Shown here: in pieces, positions 16,053-26,230 of the stretch
How the letters are laid out: the number at the start of each line of letters is the position of its first letter
Numbering within the stretch: the stretch's first letter is position 1
Assembly (NCBI RefSeq): GCF_001548275.1
Contig: NZ_AP014945.1
Location: 1-32,000, forward strand
DNA from: Caldimicrobium thiodismutans
Lineage (GTDB): Bacteria; Desulfobacterota; Thermodesulfobacteria; Thermodesulfobacteriales; Thermodesulfobacteriaceae
Reading direction: 5' to 3'
DNA length: 32,000 nt
Position numbers and translations under genes: made by a program
The notes under the pieces: generated by a model
Databases searched by the model: none
What the model saw: only the letters and a program-made list of their open reading frames with translations
What the model was told of the DNA's origin: nothing

Positions 16053-17780
16053 TTGGAAAATGAAACTTTAAGGTTTATTAAATATATCCTAAAATATGCA
16101 CAGGGTTTTCTAAAACCCCTTTTTCTTGGGCTAATTTTTTCGGTCCTTTCTTCTTTTGTGACTGGTCTTGGCACCTGGTCAATTAAACCTATTTTTAACT
16201 TTGTTTTTCTTGAAAAACACTATGAGTATTTCAAATATGTCCCCCTTTATCTTGTTTTAATTTTTACTTTAAATGGCCTTTTTTCTCTTTTTCAGGCTTA
16301 TTTTATGAAAAGCTTATCAACAGGAATAATTAATAGTATTCGTCTGGATTTATTCAAAAAATGTTTGACTCTTCCCTATGCAAAGCTCCAGAGAGAAAGA
16401 AGCGGTCAAACTGTTTCTAAGGTAATTAATGATACCTCTCAAATAGAGCCCATTCTGGGGGAGAGTTCTCAAACCTTGATTAAAGAAACATTAACTGTTT
16501 TGGTTCTTTTGGGGGTTGCCTTTTATCAGCGCTGGGATCTTACTTTACTTGCCCTTATTACCCTTCCTGCCATTGTTCTTGGAACCAAATATCTGGGAAC
16601 AAAGACACGAAGGGCCAGAAGATTAACTCAGGCCTCAACCGGTGAACTTACCCATCGCATGAGTGAAATCCTTCAGGGAATTAAAGAGATTAAATTGGCA
16701 AGTTCTAAAGAGATTTTAATTAAATTTTTTGCTAAGGAACTTGAAAAATTTTATAAACTTAGCCTTAAGGTAACCAAATATCGAGAGTCTTCAAAAAGTT
16801 TAGTTGATTTAATGACTGGAATAGGTGGAGCTATTTTGATTGGATATGGTGGGGTATTGATTATAAGGGGGGATCTTAGTCCAGGAGCCTTTCTTTCTCT
16901 CTTGACAGCCATCCTTCTAATTTTTAATCCCATCCGTAAGATTGCAAGGGCTTATACTGGGCTTAAAGAGGCTCAAGGGGCCTGGATTCGTATTGAGGAG
17001 GTCTTTAATCTTGAAGAGGAAAAAGGAGGTTATATTAAGGCAACTTCACCTCAAGAGGGTTTTTTCCTTAAAGGGGTTAGTTTTTGTTACGATGATTCCC
17101 TGCCTAAGGTCTTAGATAACATCAATTTAAAAATTCCTGCCCGAAAAATGACTGCTTTAGTAGGACCAAGTGGAGCAGGAAAAAGCACCTTAATATCCCT
17201 TCTTCCAAGGTTTTATGATCCAACAGAGGGAGAAATTTACTTAGATAATAAACCTTTAAAAGAATTAGATCTTGAGAGCTTGCGAGGGCTATTTGGAATG
17301 GTCTGGCAAGAGCCTTTCCTTTTTAATTTGTCCATTTGGGACAATCTGATTCTTGTTAAACCCACAGCCAGTGCAGAAGAAGTAAGAGAGGCCTGCAGAT
17401 TTTCTCAAGCCTTAGATTTTATTGAAGCCCTACCCAAGGGTTTTGGAACAATCCTTGGAGAAGAGGGCTTAACTCTTTCTGGAGGACAAAAACAGAGACT
17501 GGCTTTAGCCAGAGTTTTTTTAAGGCGCCCCCCTGTGATTATTCTTGATGAGGCAACCAGCCAAATTGATAGCTTAACAGAAAGGGCTATTGAATCTGCT
17601 CTGGATACACTCCGTAAAGACCACACTCTTATTGTGATAGCCCATAGACTTTCAACTATTATTAAAGCAGATAAAATAATTGTTTTAGATAAAGGCAAGA
17701 TTGTATCAGAAGGCACCCATACTGAACTTTTAGGCCTTTGTCCTCTTTATAGAGAACTTTATCATACCTTTGTGCGCTGA
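16053..17780 (+). CDS. ABC transporter, fused permease/ATPase (MsbA-like lipid/multidrug exporter)
   Basis: Six-helix ABC exporter TMD, then NBD with Walker A GPSGAGKST, signature LSGGQKQR, Walker B IILDEATS and H-loop IAHRL. The TTG start is uncertain. Confidence 0.9.
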   Translation: MENETLRFIKYILKYAQGFLKPLFLGLIFSVLSSFVTGLGTWSIKPIFNFVFLEKHYEYFKYVPLYLVLIFTLNGLFSLFQAYFMKSLSTGIINSIRLDLFKKCLTLPYAKLQRERSGQTVSKVINDTSQIEPILGESSQTLIKETLTVLVLLGVAFYQRWDLTLLALITLPAIVLGTKYLGTKTRRARRLTQASTGELTHRMSEILQGIKEIKLASSKEILIKFFAKELEKFYKLSLKVTKYRESSKSLVDLMTGIGGAILIGYGGVLIIRGDLSPGAFLSLLTAILLIFNPIRKIARAYTGLKEAQGAWIRIEEVFNLEEEKGGYIKATSPQEGFFLKGVSFCYDDSLPKVLDNINLKIPARKMTALVGPSGAGKSTLISLLPRFYDPTEGEIYLDNKPLKELDLESLRGLFGMVWQEPFLFNLSIWDNLILVKPTASAEEVREACRFSQALDFIEALPKGFGTILGEEGLTLSGGQKQRLALARVFLRRPPVIILDEATSQIDSLTERAIESALDTLRKDHTLIVIAHRLSTIIKADKIIVLDKGKIVSEGTHTELLGLCPLYRELYHTFVR

Positions 17781-17789
17781 GGTATTGGA

Positions 17790-18464
17790 ATGGTCTCAGT
17801 TTTAATCCCCTGTGCTGGAAAGGGCTTAAGGCTAAAAGCTGAACTTCCTAAACAATTTCTATCTCTTAAGGGCATCCCTCTTTTTATTAGAACTTTAAAA
17901 ATATTTGATAACCATTCCCATTGTTCAAGTATAATTTTATCGGTATCTCAAGATTTTAAACAATATATTAAAGAAACCTTATTAAAATATTCCATTAAAA
18001 AGGTTTATGCTATAACTGAGGGAGGGGAAACTCGTCAAGAGTCTGTTTACAGGGCCTTGCTTGCTTCTCCTAAGGAAACAGAGATTTTTTTAATCCACGA
18101 TGCTGTTAGGCCCTTTGTTTCTTCTGATTTGATAACAAAGATTATTGAGGAAACCAGGATCCATTCCGCAGTTATTCCAGCTATACCTGTAAGAGATGCT
18201 TTAATTAAGGTTCAAGATGATTTTCTTAAAAGGGCCATTAGTAGAGAGGGCCTCTACTTAGTTCAGACCCCTCAAGGAGTCAGAGCTACGCTTCTTAGAG
18301 AGACAATGGAGAGGGCTTTTCAAGAGGGGCTTACTTTTCCCGATGAAGGCTCTCTTCTTCATTATTATGGTCATCAGGTAAAGGTAATTTCAGGGTCTTT
18401 TCTGAATTTTAAAATTACATATCCAGAGGATTTCCTTCTTGCAGAAAAATTAATCTCTGAGTAA
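17790..18464 (+). CDS. ispD: 2-C-methyl-D-erythritol 4-phosphate cytidylyltransferase
   Basis: IspD family motifs (LIPCAGKGLRL, FLIHDAVRPF, VQTPQG). 224 aa. Confidence 0.9.
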   Translation: MVSVLIPCAGKGLRLKAELPKQFLSLKGIPLFIRTLKIFDNHSHCSSIILSVSQDFKQYIKETLLKYSIKKVYAITEGGETRQESVYRALLASPKETEIFLIHDAVRPFVSSDLITKIIEETRIHSAVIPAIPVRDALIKVQDDFLKRAISREGLYLVQTPQGVRATLLRETMERAFQEGLTFPDEGSLLHYYGHQVKVISGSFLNFKITYPEDFLLAEKLISE

Positions 18465-18496
18465 AATAGAGGTCAAACTTTCAACTATAATCGGAT

Positions 18497-19174
18497 ATGG
18501 AAATACAACTTTTTACTTTACTTCCTGAAAAACCAGAGGACTTTCTTAATTTTGCTACTGCAGGCCTGAAAATCCCTCAAGAAGATGCCTTTAAGCTGTT
18601 CTTTCTAACCTTTAAAATTAAAGCCAGTAGAGACACCCCTATTTATGAATGGTTAGAAAGAACTCCTTCCTTTATTAAATTTGATGAAATAGCCAAAAAT
18701 CAATTTTTGCTTACTCTTTCTATTTTTACTCTCAGAGACTTATTAGTTGAACACTTTGATTTAAAATTTACAAAAAATCTCTATCTTTCTGTAAAGGATC
18801 TTTTGCCAAGTTCCTTTTTAAAGGGGTGTTTACCTAAGAGAGAGGTTATTGTCTCTAAGGATTTATTTTTTGAGGTTCTATCCAGGAAAAAAATTAATCA
18901 ACTTCCTCCTTTTTTGAAGGTAAGGCATCTTATTTTAACTTTTCATTTTAAGGGAAACTGCGATGACTTACTTATGCTTACACCGAGCCTGAGTTTTTTT
19001 GTTTTAAGAAGAATTAAAGAAGGGCTTTATGAGATTTTTTTACCTCAATCTATATCAGAATTTGTATGCTTAGCCAGGGATTTTACAGAAAAAAAATTTT
19101 TTAAAAATATTGAGATGGAGGCTTTATTTTATCAATTAAGAAGTTTATTTCCTGAATGTTTTGGAGAAATATAA
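18497..19174 (+). CDS. hypothetical protein (no recognisable domain)
   Basis: 225-aa ORF filling the gap between ispD and the aconitase gene on the same strand. Composition resembles neighbouring genes. No motif I can assign. Confidence 0.55.
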   Translation: MEIQLFTLLPEKPEDFLNFATAGLKIPQEDAFKLFFLTFKIKASRDTPIYEWLERTPSFIKFDEIAKNQFLLTLSIFTLRDLLVEHFDLKFTKNLYLSVKDLLPSSFLKGCLPKREVIVSKDLFFEVLSRKKINQLPPFLKVRHLILTFHFKGNCDDLLMLTPSLSFFVLRRIKEGLYEIFLPQSISEFVCLARDFTEKKFFKNIEMEALFYQLRSLFPECFGEI

Positions 19175-19187
19175 AGGAGGTAGCCCT

Positions 19188-21125
19188 ATGGGAATGAATC
19201 TTACCCAAAAGATTATCTCAGCACATTTAGTAGCTGGAAAGATGAACCCTGGTGAGGAGATTGCTATCAGAATTGATCAAACCTTAACTCAAGATGCTAC
19301 AGGCACTATGAGTTATCTTGAGTTTGAGGCTATTGGAATTGATAGGGTTAAAACTGAGCTTTCTGTCTCCTATGTTGATCATAATTTGCTTCAAACAGAC
19401 TTTAAAAATGCTGATGATCATCTTTTTTTGCAGACTATTGCTATGCGTTATGGAATTTGGTTTTCCAAGCCTGGCAATGGAATCTGCCATCAGGTTCATC
19501 TGGAGAGATTTGCAGTGCCAGGCAAGACTTTAATCGGGTCTGACTCTCATACTCCAACAGCTGGTGGATGCGGAATGTTAGCAATTGGAGCAGGGGGGCT
19601 TGATGTGGCAATGGCTATGGCAGGAAAGCCTTTTTTCTTAAGAATGCCTAAGGTGGTAGGAGTTTATCTTTTTAATAGACTAAACCCATGGGTTTCTGCA
19701 AGAGATGTAGCCCTATATCTTCTTTCCCTTCTTACAGTTAAGGGGGGACTTGGGAAAGTTCTTGAATACTTTGGTGAGGGAGTAAAGACCCTTTCTGTTC
19801 CAGAAAGGGCAACTATTTGTAATCTTGGAACAGAAATGGGGGCTACAACGAGTCTTTTTCCATCTGATGAGATAACTCAAGCCTGGCTTATTGCTCAGGG
19901 CAGAGAGCAGGATTTTATTCCTCTTGCAGGAGATGCAGATGCAAGATATGATGAAATTATTGAAATAGATCTCTCTAAAATTGAACCTCTCTGTGCCTGT
20001 CCTTCATCCCCGGATAATGTAAAAAGAGTATCTGAAGAGGCAGGAAAACCCGTTTTTCAAGTTATAATTGGGTCATGTGCAAACTCAAGTTTAAAGGATT
20101 TAATGGTAGTCTCAAAGGTTATGGAAAGGTATAAAACTCACCCTATGGTCTCCTTTGAGATTAATCCTGGTTCTTTACAGGTCTTAGAGAATTTGACAGC
20201 TTTGTCGGGTCTCCGCAGTCTTCTTGAAGGAGGTGTGAGGATTCATCAATCCGGTTGTCTTGGTTGTATTGGAATGGGCCAGGCTCCTCCAACTAATGCC
20301 ATTTCTCTTAGAACCTTTACCCGTAATTTTCCGGGAAGGTCAGGCACAAATCCAGATTTCGTCTATTTAGTCTCTCCTGAAACTGCAGTTGCCAGTGCTA
20401 TTAGGGGAGTAATCACCGATCCAAGGGAGCTTGGAGATTATCCAGAAATTTCTCTTCCCGGGCGTTTTTTAATCAATGATTCTCTCTTAATTCCACCTTT
20501 ACCAGAGGAACAGGCAAGAAAAGTAGAGATTATAAGAGGCCCCAATATTGCACCTTTACCAGGTTTTGATCCTCTGCCTGAGGAACTTGAGGGAGTTTTT
20601 CTTCTCAAAGTGGGTGATAATATTACAACAGATCATATTATGCCTGCCGGTGCTCAGATCTTACCTTTAAGAAGTAATCTTCCTGCCATAAGTCAATATG
20701 TTTTTAAAAATGTCTGGGCAGATTTTCCCAGAGAAGCCCTTTCTTTAAAGGAGAAAGGGCTTTCGGTAGGAGTTTTAGGGGGTGAAAATTATGGTCAGGG
20801 ATCAAGTAGAGAACATGCAGCCTTAGCCCCAAGGTATTTAGGGGTAAGGGTGAAACTTGCCCGTTCCTTTGCCAGGATTCATAGAAGTAATCTTATCAAT
20901 TTCGGAATTCTTCCTTTAACCTTTGAAAATTCTCAAGATTATGAGAGGCTTGAAGGGGGAGACCGCTTTCATATTAAAAATCTAAAAATGAATCTTTCTT
21001 CTGGAGAAAAGAGGTTTAAAATAGAAATTGAGGGTAAGGGAGAGATTTGGGCTATTGGTGATTTTACAGAGAGGGAAAGGGCCTGTCTTCTTGCAGGATC
21101 ACTTTTAAATCTGGCCAAGGAGTAA
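19188..21125 (+). CDS. aconitate hydratase family protein (short, about 645-aa type)
   Basis: Aconitase catalytic regions (IGSDSHTPTAGG, SGCLGCIGMG) and swivel domain (GENYGQGSSREHAALAP). Start set to ATG 19188 after AAGGAGG (19174-19180). Aconitase versus homoaconitase-type specificity is not decidable here. Confidence 0.85.
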   Translation: MGMNLTQKIISAHLVAGKMNPGEEIAIRIDQTLTQDATGTMSYLEFEAIGIDRVKTELSVSYVDHNLLQTDFKNADDHLFLQTIAMRYGIWFSKPGNGICHQVHLERFAVPGKTLIGSDSHTPTAGGCGMLAIGAGGLDVAMAMAGKPFFLRMPKVVGVYLFNRLNPWVSARDVALYLLSLLTVKGGLGKVLEYFGEGVKTLSVPERATICNLGTEMGATTSLFPSDEITQAWLIAQGREQDFIPLAGDADARYDEIIEIDLSKIEPLCACPSSPDNVKRVSEEAGKPVFQVIIGSCANSSLKDLMVVSKVMERYKTHPMVSFEINPGSLQVLENLTALSGLRSLLEGGVRIHQSGCLGCIGMGQAPPTNAISLRTFTRNFPGRSGTNPDFVYLVSPETAVASAIRGVITDPRELGDYPEISLPGRFLINDSLLIPPLPEEQARKVEIIRGPNIAPLPGFDPLPEELEGVFLLKVGDNITTDHIMPAGAQILPLRSNLPAISQYVFKNVWADFPREALSLKEKGLSVGVLGGENYGQGSSREHAALAPRYLGVRVKLARSFARIHRSNLINFGILPLTFENSQDYERLEGGDRFHIKNLKMNLSSGEKRFKIEIEGKGEIWAIGDFTERERACLLAGSLLNLAKE

Positions 21126-21130
21126 AGAGA

Positions 21131-22066
21131 ATGTTTTTTGGAGTGGCTCTGGGATTAATTTTTTTAATAGCTTTTTCTCAGTCTCCAGAAAAGCCTTTAC
21201 AGAGTTCTTCTCCCCAGTGTTTTTCAGAATTTAAGGCCGAAATTCGTCCCTATGCAGAGCAATTGCTAAATCGTATTAAGGAGGATTTGAAAAATAAAGT
21301 CCCAGAGGATTACATTAAGGAAGTGCTTTGCCGAAAAGAGCTTTCCTTTTCACCGGAAATTATGCTTAAAAGTCTTACCTGGAGAGAGGTCAATTTACCG
21401 TATCATCAGTTCTTTGAAAAAGAAAGACTAAAGAGGGCTAAAAGTTTTATAAAGGAAAATATAGAGCTTCTTAATGCGCTTGAACAACATTTTCAGGTAG
21501 ATAAGGAGGTTATAGTTTCTATATTTCTTATTGAGACTGATCTTGGAAGAAAAACTGGGCGTCACAGGGTGTTAAACACCTTTTTTAGTTTAGCTCTAAC
21601 TGGAGAGGAAGATCTTTTTAAAATTTATCTTCAAAATCAACCAGAGATTGATTTTTCTAATGAGACTGTCAAAAAGCGCTGGGAGAAAAGGAGCAATTGG
21701 GCCTATAAAGAGCTTTTATATTTTCTTGAAATTGCTTATAAAAATCAATGGGATCCCTTTGAGATTAAGGGCTCAATTTTTGGGGCCTTTGGTTATCCCC
21801 AATTTGTTCCTAAAAGTTATGTTGTTTACGGGTATGATTGGGATGGTGACGGAAAGGTTGATTTATATTCAATCTCTGATGCTCTGGCAAGTATTGCTAA
21901 TTATCTTCAAAAAGAGGGTTATAAGATTGCGTCAGAAAGAGCAGAAAAAAAGAGAATCATCATGAAATATAATATAAGTGAACCCTATGCTGAAACTGTG
22001 CTCAAAATTGCTGATACCTTAAAGAATCTCTCTCTTACTCAAAATAATGAACTTAGAGGAAATTGA
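21131..22066 (+). CDS. lytic murein transglycosylase (MltB/SLT_2-like)
   Basis: N-terminal signal-like segment. Catalytic-Glu region IFLIETDLGR and GSIFGAFGYPQFVPKSY, similar to the MltB G-x-x-QFMP motif. Confidence 0.75.
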   Translation: MFFGVALGLIFLIAFSQSPEKPLQSSSPQCFSEFKAEIRPYAEQLLNRIKEDLKNKVPEDYIKEVLCRKELSFSPEIMLKSLTWREVNLPYHQFFEKERLKRAKSFIKENIELLNALEQHFQVDKEVIVSIFLIETDLGRKTGRHRVLNTFFSLALTGEEDLFKIYLQNQPEIDFSNETVKKRWEKRSNWAYKELLYFLEIAYKNQWDPFEIKGSIFGAFGYPQFVPKSYVVYGYDWDGDGKVDLYSISDALASIANYLQKEGYKIASERAEKKRIIMKYNISEPYAETVLKIADTLKNLSLTQNNELRGN

Positions 22067-23201
22067 AAGAAGACTTTCCCTTTTTAAGGGTAAACTAAAG
22101 GATAATAGTCTTGATGTAGCCCTTGTTTTTTCCCCTTTAAACATTTACTATCTAACGGGCCTCTGGATAAAGGGTTTTTTATTCGTTACCTCAGATGATA
22201 TAGCTTTGTTTGTGAGGCGCCCCTTTGAACAAACTAAAAAGTTATGTAAATTGCCTACTTATTTTTTAGAAGGCTTTAAAAGTCTCTCTGAGATCCTGAA
22301 GGAAAAATGGGGTCATAAGATAGGGCTTGAATATAGAGCCTTTTCCTGGGAAGAAGGAGAGAAATTAAAAAAAATTCTTAAAGATTTTGAATTAGTCTCT
22401 CTGGATAATATTATCTGGGATTTGCGAATGAAAAAGAGTCCCTTTGAGATTGCCTGTCTTAGAGAAGCTGGTAAGAGACTCTCTAAGGCCCTCAATATCA
22501 CTTTAGCCCAGTTTAAACCTGGTATGAAGGAGCTTTTTGCAAGTGCTCTTTTAGAAAAGGCCTTAAGAGAGCTTGGCCATCCAGGTTATACGAGATCTGT
22601 TAATAATTTTGAGCTTTCTTATGGTTATTTGATTTCAGGAAAGGAAGGTCTTTTTGCTTTACCCTTTACCACAGGAGAGGGAGGAAGAGGTTTAGAAGGC
22701 TTTCCTGGAGGAGCAAGCTTAAAAAGACTGAGAAAAGGTGAGGCTATTTTAATGGACTTTAGTGGTTTTTATAAGGGGTATTATGTGGATCAGACGCGGA
22801 TGGCAAGTTTTGGAAGGGTTAAATTAGCTGAACCCTTTTACAGAGCTTCCTTAGAGATATTAACAAATCTTGAAAAAATTGCTAAACCAGGTATTTCCTG
22901 TTCTGAACTCTATTGTGTTGCTGAGAACATAGTTAAAAAATATGGATTTCAAGAGTTTTTTATGCGACATGGGGATAAGATCAATTTTCTTGGACATGGC
23001 GTTGGCCTTGAAATAGATGAGCCACCTGTCATTAGTCCACGCAATGAGCAAAAACTTGAAGAGAATATGGTGATTGCCCTTGAACCAAAGTTTCACATTC
23101 CAGACCTTGGAGTAATAGGTCTTGAAGACACCTTTTTGGTTACCTCTGCAGGACTAAAAAGATTAACTTTATATTCAAGAGACTGGATATATCTCAATTA
23201 G
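22047..23201 (+). CDS. M24 family Xaa-Pro aminopeptidase/dipeptidase
   Basis: Creatinase-like N-domain plus pita-bread fold with metal-ligand regions (DFSGFYKGYYVDQTR, HGVGLEIDEPP, ALEPK, LEDTFLVT). Overlaps the upstream gene by 20 nt. Confidence 0.85.
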   Translation: MNLEEIERRLSLFKGKLKDNSLDVALVFSPLNIYYLTGLWIKGFLFVTSDDIALFVRRPFEQTKKLCKLPTYFLEGFKSLSEILKEKWGHKIGLEYRAFSWEEGEKLKKILKDFELVSLDNIIWDLRMKKSPFEIACLREAGKRLSKALNITLAQFKPGMKELFASALLEKALRELGHPGYTRSVNNFELSYGYLISGKEGLFALPFTTGEGGRGLEGFPGGASLKRLRKGEAILMDFSGFYKGYYVDQTRMASFGRVKLAEPFYRASLEILTNLEKIAKPGISCSELYCVAENIVKKYGFQEFFMRHGDKINFLGHGVGLEIDEPPVISPRNEQKLEENMVIALEPKFHIPDLGVIGLEDTFLVTSAGLKRLTLYSRDWIYLN

Positions 23202-23229
23202 ATATTAAATTAGGGCAGAGGAGGAATCT

Positions 23230-24891
23230 ATGAAGAGGAAAAGAAAGCTTCATACGAAGTTTATATTTATAACTGGAGGGGTTCTTTCATCTCTTGGAAA
23301 GGGGCTTGCTGCAGCATCTCTTGGCGCTCTTCTTGAAGCAAGAGGCCTCAGGGTTACTTTTCAGAAACTTGACCCCTATATTAATGTGGATCCCGGCACC
23401 ATGAATCCCTTTCAGCATGGTGAGGTCTATGTCACAGAGGATGGGGCTGAGACAGATCTTGATCTTGGACACTACGAGAGATTTACTTCAGCGGTTATGT
23501 CTTCTAAAAATAATTATACCTCTGGAAAAATTTATTTTTCAGTAATCACCAAGGAAAGGAAGGGAGTTTATCTTGGCGGAACCGTTCAGATTATTCCCCA
23601 TGTAACAGATGAGATAAAATCTGTTATTCTTGAACTTGCCTCCAAGGATGTGGATGTGGCTATAATTGAGATAGGGGGAACTGTAGGGGATATTGAGAGT
23701 CTTCCCTTTCTTGAGGCTATTAGACAACTTGGTTATGACTTAGGTAGAGAAAACGCTCTTTACATTCATCTTACCTATGTTCCTTATATTCAAACAGCTG
23801 GAGAACTAAAGACCAAGCCTACGCAGCATAGTGTTAAAGAACTTCGGGCCATAGGTATCCAGCCTGATATTCTTCTCTGTAGAACTGACCGCTTTCTTCC
23901 ACAGGATATCAAAAGAAAGATTGCCCTCTTTTGTAATGTGGAAGAGGATGCGGTTATTACAGCTAAGGATGTAGAGTGTATTTATGAGATCCCCCTTATC
24001 TTTCATCAAGAGGGTCTGGATGAAAAAGTAGTTGAGAAGCTTAATATCTGGACTCGAGAACCTGACCTTTCCGCTTGGCAAAATCTTGTTAAGACCTTTA
24101 CCCAGCCTAAGGATGAAGTTACTATCGCTATAGTCGGGAAATATGTTAATCTCAAGGATTCTTACAAATCTTTAAATGAGGCCCTTGTGCATGGTGGTAT
24201 TGCACATCAACTTAGAGTGAAATTAAAATTTGTTAGTTCAGATGAACTTACTCTTGAAAATATAAAAGAGGCCTTTCAGGATGCTGATGGAATTTTAGTT
24301 CCAGGTGGTTTTGGAATGAGGGGTATCGAGGGAAAGATTCTGGCTATAGAATATGCCAGAAAAAATAAGATACCCTATTTTGGTATATGTCTTGGTATGC
24401 AGCTTGCAGTAATTGAGTTGGCAAGAAATGTCCTTGGCTGGAAAGAAGCTAATTCAACGGAATTTGATCCCCAGACTCCTTATCCAGTTATTTATCTAAT
24501 GCGGGAGTGGTTTGATTACCGAAGAGGTTGTATTGAAAAAAGGGAGGAGGGATGTGACCTTGGAGGCACTATGCGCCTTGGAGCCTATCCCTGCAAATTA
24601 GTAAAGGACTCCCTTGCCTATCAGGCCTATAAACAGGATGAAATCTTTGAAAGACATAGACATCGTTATGAATTTAACAATGCCTTTAGAGATGATTTGA
24701 TTAAAGCAGGATTAAAAATAGCTGGAACTTCACCTAATGGGGAACTTGTTGAAATAGTTGAACTTGAGGATCATCCCTGGTTTGTAGGGGTTCAGTTTCA
24801 TCCTGAATTTACCTCTAAACCTTTAAAACCTCATCCTCTGTTTGCAAGTTTTATTTCTGCATCCTATGCTAAGAAAAGGGGAAAGCTATGA
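23230..24891 (+). CDS. pyrG: CTP synthase
   Basis: Synthetase domain [13 protein letters not shown]. Glutamine amidotransferase domain with GICLGMQ and [18 protein letters not shown] upstream. Confidence 0.95.
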   Translation: MKRKRKLHTKFIFITGGVLSSLGKGLAAASLGALLEARGLRVTFQKLDPYINVDPGTMNPFQHGEVYVTEDGAETDLDLGHYERFTSAVMSSKNNYTSGKIYFSVITKERKGVYLGGTVQIIPHVTDEIKSVILELASKDVDVAIIEIGGTVGDIESLPFLEAIRQLGYDLGRENALYIHLTYVPYIQTAGELKTKPTQHSVKELRAIGIQPDILLCRTDRFLPQDIKRKIALFCNVEEDAVITAKDVECIYEIPLIFHQEGLDEKVVEKLNIWTREPDLSAWQNLVKTFTQPKDEVTIAIVGKYVNLKDSYKSLNEALVHGGIAHQLRVKLKFVSSDELTLENIKEAFQDADGILVPGGFGMRGIEGKILAIEYARKNKIPYFGICLGMQLAVIELARNVLGWKEANSTEFDPQTPYPVIYLMREWFDYRRGCIEKREEGCDLGGTMRLGAYPCKLVKDSLAYQAYKQDEIFERHRHRYEFNNAFRDDLIKAGLKIAGTSPNGELVEIVELEDHPWFVGVQFHPEFTSKPLKPHPLFASFISASYAKKRGKL

Positions 24892-25736
24892 TAGATTTAC
24901 ATACCCATTCTACAGCCTCAGATGGAACCTATTCTCCATCCGAGCTTGTGCATCTTGCTAAAAAAGAAGGCCTCAAAGCCTTAGCTTTAACTGATCATGA
25001 TACCCTACAGGGATTAAAGGAAGCTTATGAAACCTCGCAGGTAGAAGGCTTAGAGTTTCTCTGTGGGGTTGAAATAAGCATTAAAATAGAGGGCCCAGGG
25101 CACTTTCACCTTCTTGGGTATTTTTTAACACCGGAGATACCATCCTTGGAGACAACCCTTCTTTCTCTTCAAAAGGCAAGAGATAAAAGAAACAAGTTAA
25201 TGCTTGAAAAATTGCAGGCTCTTGGGATTGATATTACTCTGGAAGAGCTTGAAAATATTGCACAGGGCGAGATTGGAAGGCCTCATTTTGCCAAGCTTCT
25301 TATTCAAAAGGGAGTGGTAAAGACCTTTCAAGAGGCCTTTGATAGATATCTTAAAAAAGGTGCTCCAGCCTATGTCCCTAAAGCCCTTTTAACTCCAGAA
25401 GAGGGAATCAATAAAATTCTTCAAAGTGGTGGTATTCCTGTTTTGGCGCATCCTATCACTCTAAAGTTAAATGAAAAGGAACTAAGTAATTATTTGGCTA
25501 AGCTTAAAGAACTGGGAATAAAAGGTGTAGAGGTTTATTACTCTGAGCATTCTAAAACCTTTACAGAGTTTCTCTATACAGTGGCTAAGCGTTTAGATCT
25601 TCTTATCACAGGGGGGAGTGACTTTCATGGCACAAATAAACCCGATATAAAACTTGGTCGCGGTTTTGGTAATTTGAAAATACCCTATGAGGTTTTTCTG
25701 AAACTTAAAGAGGCCCTTGAAAAAATTAGCTCTTGA
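24888..25736 (+). CDS. PHP-domain phosphoesterase (TrpH/YciV family)
   Basis: [12 protein letters not shown]-terminal PHP motif, LTDHDT, AHP and GGSDFHG motifs. ATGA overlap with the pyrG stop. Confidence 0.85.
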   Translation: MIDLHTHSTASDGTYSPSELVHLAKKEGLKALALTDHDTLQGLKEAYETSQVEGLEFLCGVEISIKIEGPGHFHLLGYFLTPEIPSLETTLLSLQKARDKRNKLMLEKLQALGIDITLEELENIAQGEIGRPHFAKLLIQKGVVKTFQEAFDRYLKKGAPAYVPKALLTPEEGINKILQSGGIPVLAHPITLKLNEKELSNYLAKLKELGIKGVEVYYSEHSKTFTEFLYTVAKRLDLLITGGSDFHGTNKPDIKLGRGFGNLKIPYEVFLKLKEALEKISS

Positions 25737-25790
25737 CGGAAAATTTCAAAAGATTAAAATATAAAGTATAGAATACAAAAAGGGAGTAAA

Positions 25791-26216
25791 ATGGAGCCTC
25801 AGGTTAATTTTGGAATGTCCGAAATAAAAAGTTATATCCAAAAATTTTTTGAAGAGGAATTAGAAAGAAAATTTAATGAATTTTGGGAGGCCAAACTCAG
25901 ATTTAGAGAAGAAAAATTGCGAGAGCTTTCATTACTTGAGCGCATTATTAGAGTAGAGGAGGAACTTAAGGCCTTAAAGGAAATACAGATTCAGATGATA
26001 AATATGTTTAATGCCCGTTTTGAGGCCCTACAAAGGGAAATGGACAAAAGATTTGAGGCGATGGAAAAGAGATTCGAGGCGATGGACAAAAGATTTGAGG
26101 CGATGGAAAAAAGATTCGAGGCGATGGAAAAAAGATTTGATTTTCTTCAGAAGTTGATTGCAGGAGGCTTTGCCTTTTTAACTCTTCTTATTACCCTTTT
26201 CAAATTTTTCTCATAA
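25791..26216 (+). CDS. tail-anchored coiled-coil protein with heptad tandem repeats
   Basis: 141 aa. K/E/R-rich helical sequence, five MxKRFEA-type heptads, and a single C-terminal hydrophobic helix (IAGGFAFLTLLITLFKFF). No family name assigned. Confidence 0.7.
   Translation: MEPQVNFGMSEIKSYIQKFFEEELERKFNEFWEAKLRFREEKLRELSLLERIIRVEEELKALKEIQIQMINMFNARFEALQREMDKRFEAMEKRFEAMDKRFEAMEKRFEAMEKRFDFLQKLIAGGFAFLTLLITLFKFFS
26040..26144 (+). repeat. 21-bp in-frame tandem repeat, 5 units
   Basis: Units are ATGGACAAAAGATTTGAGGCG, ATGGAAAAGAGATTCGAGGCG, ATGGACAAAAGATTTGAGGCG, ATGGAAAAAAGATTCGAGGCG and ATGGAAAAAAGATTTGATTTT. Units 1 and 3 are identical, which implies a 42-bp higher-order period. Confidence 0.9.
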
Positions 26217-26230
26217 AATTATATCATTAC

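Noticed and set aside
18734-18754. RDLLVEH in the 225-aa hypothetical protein considered as a HEPN Rx4-6H RNase motif
   Set aside because: A single short motif match is expected by chance. No partner antitoxin, minimal nucleotidyltransferase gene or other HEPN features are visible.
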